A stretch of 64,000 nucleotides of DNA, taken from assembly GCA_013287965.1 (NCBI GenBank), contig JABDCU010000001.1, forward strand, positions 5,910 through 69,909. The letters run 5' to 3'. The stretch's first letter is position 1. Each line of letters starts with the position of its first letter. Under the pieces are notes generated by a model that ran no database searches, was not told the origin of the DNA, and saw only the letters and a program-made list of their open reading frames with translations. This stretch comes from Candidatus Omnitrophota bacterium (GTDB taxonomy: Bacteria; Omnitrophota; Gorgyraeia; Zapsychrales; Fredricksoniimonadaceae). Shown here piece by piece: positions 57,951-64,000 of this stretch. The position numbers were made by a program, and so were the translations under genes.

Positions 57951-59432
57951 TTATTTGGCCAACGCCTGGCGCACCGCATGGCACCAGCCGTCATATTTAG
58001 TTTTGGCTATTGAACGCGGCATGCCGGGCTTAAAGATCCGCTCGATCGTTTTGATCTTAAGGACTTCCTGTGGTTTCCATAGACCAACGGAAACACCTGC
58101 TAAATAAGCCGCTCCGGCGGCGGTGGAATCAACCATCAAAGGCCTTGCAATAGGAATGGCCAGCATATCTGCCTGAAACTGCATCAAAAAATTATTGCGG
58201 CAAGCCCCGCCGTCAACGGCCAAAGATCTTATCCGAAGACCGGATTCACGGCCCATCAAGTCAAAGACTTCCTTGGTTTGATACGCCATGGATTCCAGGG
58301 CCGCACGCACGATATGCCGCGCGTTTGCCCCCCTTGTTAAACCTGTTATGATGCCCCGCGCATCCGCATTCCAATAGGGTGCCCCTAAGCCCACAAAAGC
58401 CGGGACCAGGTAAACTCCATTTGTATCCTTAATGCCGGAGATCATCTTTTCACTCGACGAAGAGTCCTTGATCATTTTTAATTCATCCCTCAGCCATTGG
58501 ATCACCGCCCCGGCGATAAACACAGCGCCTTCCAGCACATATGCCGGCTGTCCGTGAGCATCGCAACCCAAGGTGGTTAAAAGGCCTTTTTTAGAATAAA
58601 CGCATTTTTTGCCCGTGTTAAGCAGCATGAAACATCCTGTGCCATAGGTGTTCTTGATGCTGCCAGGCAGAAAACATCCCTGCCCGTATAAAGCTGCTTG
58701 CTGGTCACCCATCACGGCCGTGATGGGAATGCCATCGGGAAGACCGGCAACACCTTTGGCCGTATACCCAAACACCGATGATGAAGCTAGCACCTTGGGC
58801 AAAATATTTTCAGGGACATTCAACAATTTTAATAACGGCTTGCTCCATGCCTTGGTCCTGATATCAAAGATCAGCGTGCGGCTGGCATTGGTCATGTCTG
58901 TGACGTGGGCCGCGCCATTCGTTAATTTATAGATAAGCCAGCTGTCGATGGTGCCAAAAGCAACTTGTCCGCCGGCCGCTTTTTGTCTAAGGCCCGCCAC
59001 ATGGTCCAGGAGCCATTGGACCTTTGTACCTGAAAAATAAGCATCAACAACCAGGCCCGTTGTCCTGCGAAATAAACCTTCATGTTTTTTGAGCCCTGCA
59101 CAAATGGCCGCGGTGCGGCGGCATTGCCAAACAATAGCATGATAAAAGGGTTTGGAAGTCTTGCGGTCCCATAGAACAGTCGTCTCCCGCTGATTAGTAA
59201 TGCCGATGGCTGCGATGGCCTTGGGATCAATGCGGGAAGATGTCAGTGCTTTGCGTATAACGGCTTCAACGCTTCTCCAAATCTCCTGGGCATCATGCTC
59301 AACCCAGCCGGGCTTGGGATAATATTGCTTAAATTCCTGATAAGCGCTGGAAACAACATGGCCTTGGGCGTCAAAAATAAACGCCCTGGAGCCCGTCGTA
59401 CCCTGATCAATGGAAAGTATATATTTTTTCAT
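57951..59432 (-). CDS. glpK: Glycerol kinase
   Basis: DQGTTGSR, NQRETT, GDQQAAL, KNTYGTG. Confidence 0.97.
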   Translation of the reverse strand: MKKYILSIDQGTTGSRAFIFDAQGHVVSSAYQEFKQYYPKPGWVEHDAQEIWRSVEAVIRKALTSSRIDPKAIAAIGITNQRETTVLWDRKTSKPFYHAIVWQCRRTAAICAGLKKHEGLFRRTTGLVVDAYFSGTKVQWLLDHVAGLRQKAAGGQVAFGTIDSWLIYKLTNGAAHVTDMTNASRTLIFDIRTKAWSKPLLKLLNVPENILPKVLASSSVFGYTAKGVAGLPDGIPITAVMGDQQAALYGQGCFLPGSIKNTYGTGCFMLLNTGKKCVYSKKGLLTTLGCDAHGQPAYVLEGAVFIAGAVIQWLRDELKMIKDSSSSEKMISGIKDTNGVYLVPAFVGLGAPYWNADARGIITGLTRGANARHIVRAALESMAYQTKEVFDLMGRESGLRIRSLAVDGGACRNNFLMQFQADMLAIPIARPLMVDSTAAGAAYLAGVSVGLWKPQEVLKIKTIERIFKPGMPRSIAKTKYDGWCHAVRQALAK

Positions 59433-59449
59433 GGTCCTCTGACTTTATG

Positions 59450-60223
59450 CTAATTGCCCGATGGCTGTTGCTGTTGTTGCTCTGCCGCTTGGGTGAATCT
59501 TCTTTTATTCGCCTCAAATCCCGCGTCACCCAGGATCTTCCTGGCTAATTCATCTTTATCCATCCCATTGTCAAAATCATAATCCACAATGGCCACGATC
59601 TGTATCAGCTCCCCAAAGGACCTCTGGAGCATCTGCGGGTTGGCACCGGTTATCTGATCGATCATCTGCACATAATGCTCCGGCGGTTCATTGATCTTGA
59701 CCCCCTGCTTCTGGAAGCGATCAATGTACTCAGACACCGTTATGACCTTGGCCTGATCGTCGATCAACAATGGCCAGACAGTTGATGTTGTGTCCAGCTT
59801 TTTCCATACTTCAGCAAGGTCAACCGTATCTTTGACCTGTACCGGTCCCGCTTGGGGGATAAACTGCCGTTGCTGGGAGGCGCCGGGATTCACGGCCTGT
59901 GCTGTGGGCTCATCGATCTCTGTGCTATTGCCAAACGGCACACTGTCACTTGTGATTGATTGATTATGGGCAGCAAGAATGGCCTGGGCAATGGCCTGAT
60001 TGCGCTGGTCAACCGTCTGCTGATACGTCGGCTGTTCAGGGGCCCCTTGACCTTGCTCTCCCGTCTGCTGTTGATGCTGTTGGTACTCTGCCTGGGTTGG
60101 CCTGTGCCTATGGGCTTTCTTCTGGTTGATGAGGTATAACACGGCGCCACCATGGCAAATATCTGCTGATAGGGAAAAAATAAAGCAGAAAAGGATAAAA
60201 AAAAGCCGCCGCTTCAAATGCAC
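59450..60223 (-). CDS. Exported Gln-rich hypothetical protein
   Basis: 257-aa ORF in operon context with a hydrophobic N-terminus. Confidence 0.7.
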   Translation of the reverse strand: MHLKRRLFFILFCFIFSLSADICHGGAVLYLINQKKAHRHRPTQAEYQQHQQQTGEQGQGAPEQPTYQQTVDQRNQAIAQAILAAHNQSITSDSVPFGNSTEIDEPTAQAVNPGASQQRQFIPQAGPVQVKDTVDLAEVWKKLDTTSTVWPLLIDDQAKVITVSEYIDRFQKQGVKINEPPEHYVQMIDQITGANPQMLQRSFGELIQIVAIVDYDFDNGMDKDELARKILGDAGFEANKRRFTQAAEQQQQQPSGN

Positions 60224-60237
60224 CGCCTCGATTTTTG

Positions 60238-60732
60238 TTACAATCTATTTAAAGCGTCCCTTGCGCCTGGATAATCATTGAGATCAACCGCTTTTTGGTA
60301 ATATCCCCTGGCCTTAAATTTATCCCCCAGGGCGTTAAGGTATATTTCGCCTAACATAAAATAGCACTGCCCTAAATAAACCTGGTCTTTGTTGGGATTG
60401 AATCCGTTGATGGCTTTAAGCAATTGCGCCTCTGCCAGGCGCAGGGTCTCTATGCCTTTTTTCTGGTCGCTGTCTTTAAAAATGGCCACCCCATTGCCAA
60501 AAAGGATGCTGCCGTAGATCAAATGCCTCATTGGGGTAGGGTCCAGGCGGATGGAACGGACCATGAGGTCCAAACCCTGGTCCATATTGCCATCATCAAT
60601 GGCTTGGGCGCTCTTGTCCTCAAGATCATCTGCCTGGGACTTAAGCTTTTGGCCGTCAGTGGGGATGGATTGCGCGAAAGCGTACCCCGACCAAAACACC
60701 AGCATGAAAAAAACAAGGTATCGACTCACCAT
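60238..60732 (-). CDS. Exported TPR-like protein
   Basis: Signal peptide ...YAFA and helical repeats. Confidence 0.7.
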   Translation of the reverse strand: MVSRYLVFFMLVFWSGYAFAQSIPTDGQKLKSQADDLEDKSAQAIDDGNMDQGLDLMVRSIRLDPTPMRHLIYGSILFGNGVAIFKDSDQKKGIETLRLAEAQLLKAINGFNPNKDQVYLGQCYFMLGEIYLNALGDKFKARGYYQKAVDLNDYPGARDALNRL

Positions 60733-60752
60733 TACCTGCCCTGAAATGCTGA

Positions 60753-61268
60753 TTAATCCTTGCCCCCCGGTGGCGGCGTCTTGGCCTGGGCAGCATCCGG
60801 CATATCGATCAGTTCATGGAGTAAGGCCGCTGATTTAAGCATATTGTCCCTGTCCTGCTGGGCCTGGAAGATCTCAACACTGTGGCGGGCAGCTAAAACC
60901 GCTGGTAATTTCTTGCCTGACATTTTATTGGCGATGCTCAACATATAAAAAACAGTCCCGTCGTCAGGAAAGGTCTTGCCGGCCATCTCAAGAAAATCCG
61001 CGGCATGGTCATATTCCTGGACCTTCAGGAGGATCTGTCCTAAAAGCAGGTATGCTTCCGGCTCTGAAGGGTTGATCTTAATGGATGTTTCAAGGTCCAC
61101 GATGGTGGATTTCAGGTCTTTATTTTGCAGGTCATTCAAACTCTTCATGATCAATTTATGGCCAATGTCTTTTTGCTGGTCTGCTGTCGGCTGTTGCTGT
61201 TGGACTTCCTGCTTTTGGCAGCCGGCCAAGGCAAAAAGCGCGATCAAAACAAATAAAGTCTTTTTCAT
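60753..61268 (-). CDS. TPR lipoprotein
   Basis: Lipobox LAGC and INPSEPEAYLLLG TPR. Confidence 0.8.
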   Translation of the reverse strand: MKKTLFVLIALFALAGCQKQEVQQQQPTADQQKDIGHKLIMKSLNDLQNKDLKSTIVDLETSIKINPSEPEAYLLLGQILLKVQEYDHAADFLEMAGKTFPDDGTVFYMLSIANKMSGKKLPAVLAARHSVEIFQAQQDRDNMLKSAALLHELIDMPDAAQAKTPPPGGKD

Positions 61269-61273
61269 AGTAG

Positions 61274-62716
61274 CTATCCTTTTTGGTTTACCTTCGTTGT
61301 TAAATAATGGTGCACGCCTTGGGCTGCCGTGCGTCCTTCATGGATCGCCCACACCACCAATGACTGGCCGCGGGTCATGTCACCCGCTGTAAAAACACCC
61401 GGTACCGACGTCATCTTGTTAGCATCAGCGCTTACATTCCCACGGGCATCCAGGGCGACCCCTAATTCTTCCAACATCCCTTTTTTAACAGGACCTAAAA
61501 ACCCCATTGCCAAAAGCAATAGGTCACAATCCATTTCAAACTCGGACCCCGCGATCTCGCTCATCTTCATTTGCCCGTTGGCAGCATCCTTGCCCCACTG
61601 CAGGCGCACGGCATGCAATTTTCTCAACTGGCCGTTCTCCCCGCTTAAACGTTTAGTCATAATACTATAATCACGGACGCATCCTTCTTCATGGGAACTT
61701 GAGGTGCGTAAAATAAATGCCCAATTCGGCCAAGGATTGTCTGCAGAACGTTTTTCCGGGGGCTGAGGCATCAATTCAAACTGATGGATGCTTAAAGCTC
61801 CCTGGCGGGTGGCGGTACCGACACAGTCCGAGCCTGTGTCCCCGCCGCCTAACACGATCACACGTTTACCCTTGGCCGTAACTTCTTCAAACCTGTCCGT
61901 CGGACATTTATTATCGCGCAAATTCTGCTGCGGTAAATAATACATGGCCTGGTAGGTGCCTTTTAATTCACGCCCTGGTACCGGCAGTTCACGTCCGGCC
62001 TCAGCACCGCCGCATAAAACTATTGAGTCATACTTGTCCCGTAATTCCTTGGGACTGATATCCACCCCGACATGGGCATTGGTCTTAAAAACGATCCCTT
62101 CTTCGCGCATGCGGTCAACCCGACGGAAAACCACCTGCTTTTCCAATTTAAAATCCGGGATCCCCAGGGTCAAAAGCCCGCCGATAAGTTCATTCTTTTC
62201 ATAAACCGTGACCTTATGGCCTTTTTTATTAAGCTCATCCGCGCAAGCGAGTCCCGCGGGGCCGGAACCGATGACCGCGACCTTCATGCCGGTGCGGTGT
62301 TTAGGTTTATTGGGTTTGATCCAGCCTTTATCATAGGCGTGTTCAACAATGGCAAGTTCAATATTCTTGATCGTCACCGGCGGGGCATTAATGCCAAGCA
62401 CGCAGGCATTTTCGCAAGGGGCCGGACAAACGCGCCCTGTAAATTCCGGGAAATTATTGGTCTTGTGCAGCCGCTCGATGGCTTCCTGCCATCGGTCACG
62501 GTAAACCAGGTCATTCCAATCCGGGATGATATTGCCGATAGGGCAGCCTGACTGGCAAAACGGCACACCGCAATCCATGCAGCGCGCACCCTGGTCCTTT
62601 AATTCCTTTTGGGCGGGAAGATGCGTGAATTCCTTAAAATTCTTGACCCGACGGGAAATTTCGTCTTTCTTGTAGTCCTGCCGGTCATACTTCATGAAGC
62701 CCTTAATATCACCCAT
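61274..62716 (-). CDS. gltD: Glutamate synthase small subunit
   Basis: RCMDCGVPFC, GRVCPAPCE, GSGPAG, GGGDTGSDC. Confidence 0.97.
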   Translation of the reverse strand: MGDIKGFMKYDRQDYKKDEISRRVKNFKEFTHLPAQKELKDQGARCMDCGVPFCQSGCPIGNIIPDWNDLVYRDRWQEAIERLHKTNNFPEFTGRVCPAPCENACVLGINAPPVTIKNIELAIVEHAYDKGWIKPNKPKHRTGMKVAVIGSGPAGLACADELNKKGHKVTVYEKNELIGGLLTLGIPDFKLEKQVVFRRVDRMREEGIVFKTNAHVGVDISPKELRDKYDSIVLCGGAEAGRELPVPGRELKGTYQAMYYLPQQNLRDNKCPTDRFEEVTAKGKRVIVLGGGDTGSDCVGTATRQGALSIHQFELMPQPPEKRSADNPWPNWAFILRTSSSHEEGCVRDYSIMTKRLSGENGQLRKLHAVRLQWGKDAANGQMKMSEIAGSEFEMDCDLLLLAMGFLGPVKKGMLEELGVALDARGNVSADANKMTSVPGVFTAGDMTRGQSLVVWAIHEGRTAAQGVHHYLTTKVNQKG

Positions 62717-64000
62717 TTATTTTCCCACCTTCACATCTAAATCAGCCGCGTTCTTGATCGATTCAGCTTCTTCCAAGACCCTGCGGTAATCACGCGGGTA
62801 AACTTTGACAAATTGTCCCAAAGACTTCTGCCAATTCTTTAAAATGCCCTCGGCAACAGTTGAGTTGGTGTACTTAAAATGTTTCTCGATCAGGTCCTTG
62901 AGCACCCAAATATCTTTTTCCTCTTTGATGGGGAACAGGTCCACCATGCCGGGATTACAATTTTTTTGCAAAAGCCCTTCAGTGTCCCAGACATAGGCAA
63001 TACCGCCGGACATCCCTGCCGCGAAATTGCGTCCCGTGGGACCGATGACAACAACCCTGCCGCCGGTCATATACTCACAGCCGTTGTCCCCGACACCTTC
63101 CACAACAGTCCACGCGCCGGAATTACGCACCGCGAAACGCTCACCGGCAAGCCCCCGGAAAAATGCCTCGCCCTTGATGGCCCCGTACAAAACCACATTA
63201 CCCGCGATCATGTTTTCCTCAGGAACATATTTCGCGGCACGCGGAGGGAAAACAACAATACGTCCGCCTGAAAGCCCCTTGCCCACATAATCATTGGCCT
63301 CTCCTTCAAGTGTCAAGCTGATGCCCTGGGCCAGAAAAGCGCCAAAGCTCTGGCCTGCCGAGCCGTTAAATTTAATTTGGATAGTATCATCAGGCAATCC
63401 CATAAATCCGTATTTACGCGCGACCTGGCTCGAAAGCATGGTGCCCACCGTGCGGTTAATGTTACGGATAGGCGATTCGATCTTGACAGGGACCTGCTGT
63501 TGGATGGCTTGCTGGCTTTGAGCGATCAATGTATTGTCCAAGGCCTTCTCAAGGCCATGGTCCTGGGTACTGGAGTGATGGATAGCCACCCCCTTGGGCA
63601 CGTCGGGACGATGCAAAATATTAGTCAGGTCAACACCCTTGGCCTTCCAATGCTCAATGGTCTCCTTTGTATCCAGCATATCAACGCGGCCGACCATGTC
63701 TTCAAATTTCCTGAAGCCAAGTTCTGCCATGATCTGGCGCACTTCCTCGGCGATAAAGGTAAAAAAGTTGACCACATGTTCCGGCTTACCGTCAAATTTC
63801 TTGCGCAGTTCGGGATCCTGGGTTGCGACCCCCACCGAGCATGTGTTGAGATGGCATTTGCGCAGCAAAATACAACCCACGGTGATCAAGGCCGTCGTGG
63901 AAAACCCGAATTCATCAGCGCCTAACATCGCGGCAATGGCCACGTCCCGTCCGGTCTTTAATTGCCCGTCGGTCTGCACACGGATGCGCCCGCGCAGGTC
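62717..64000 (-). CDS. gltB: Glutamate synthase large subunit, C-terminal part (continues beyond the window)
   Basis: [18 protein letters not shown] domain, [11 protein letters not shown]. Confidence 0.97.
   Translation of the reverse strand, partial: DLRGRIRVQTDGQLKTGRDVAIAAMLGADEFGFSTTALITVGCILLRKCHLNTCSVGVATQDPELRKKFDGKPEHVVNFFTFIAEEVRQIMAELGFRKFEDMVGRVDMLDTKETIEHWKAKGVDLTNILHRPDVPKGVAIHHSSTQDHGLEKALDNTLIAQSQQAIQQQVPVKIESPIRNINRTVGTMLSSQVARKYGFMGLPDDTIQIKFNGSAGQSFGAFLAQGISLTLEGEANDYVGKGLSGGRIVVFPPRAAKYVPEENMIAGNVVLYGAIKGEAFFRGLAGERFAVRNSGAWTVVEGVGDNGCEYMTGGRVVVIGPTGRNFAAGMSGGIAYVWDTEGLLQKNCNPGMVDLFPIKEEKDIWVLKDLIEKHFKYTNSTVAEGILKNWQKSLGQFVKVYPRDYRRVLEEAESIKNAADLDVKVGK

Noticed and set aside
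56430-59432. glpK-glpD without a glpF facilitator
   Set aside because: A common arrangement; the transporter may be elsewhere or unnecessary.

Overview
Mostly minus-strand bacterial chromosome segment. The giant GNVGIGT-repeat proteins and the large scaffold protein suggest Candidatus Omnitrophota, but this is inference from protein style and not a marker-gene call. Housekeeping genes: rlmN, accA, comM-like, rpe, pyrG, purF, carAB, ridA, glpDK, gltBD, tRNA-Glu and tRNA-Leu. Also present are signalling genes, a cell-envelope modification cluster and a metal-uptake cluster. Four things stand out. (1) A fibre/adhesin locus (1-9636): a duplicated ribbon-helix-helix-like gene is read through (TAA->TTA) into the signal peptide of a 2679-aa repeat protein, and a neighbouring S26 signal peptidase carries a copy of that protein's C-terminal tip domain. 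(2) Three families of short palindromic elements (at least 11 copies), mostly inside or overlapping reading frames, where they add peptides such as VIPAKAGI. (3) A 1597-aa exported protein with host-like ends around an AT-rich tandem-GHKL cargo. (4) A pilin-like protein with a thrombospondin-1-like motif and Cys-rich repeats. No CRISPR array, integrase, transposase or reverse transcriptase was seen.
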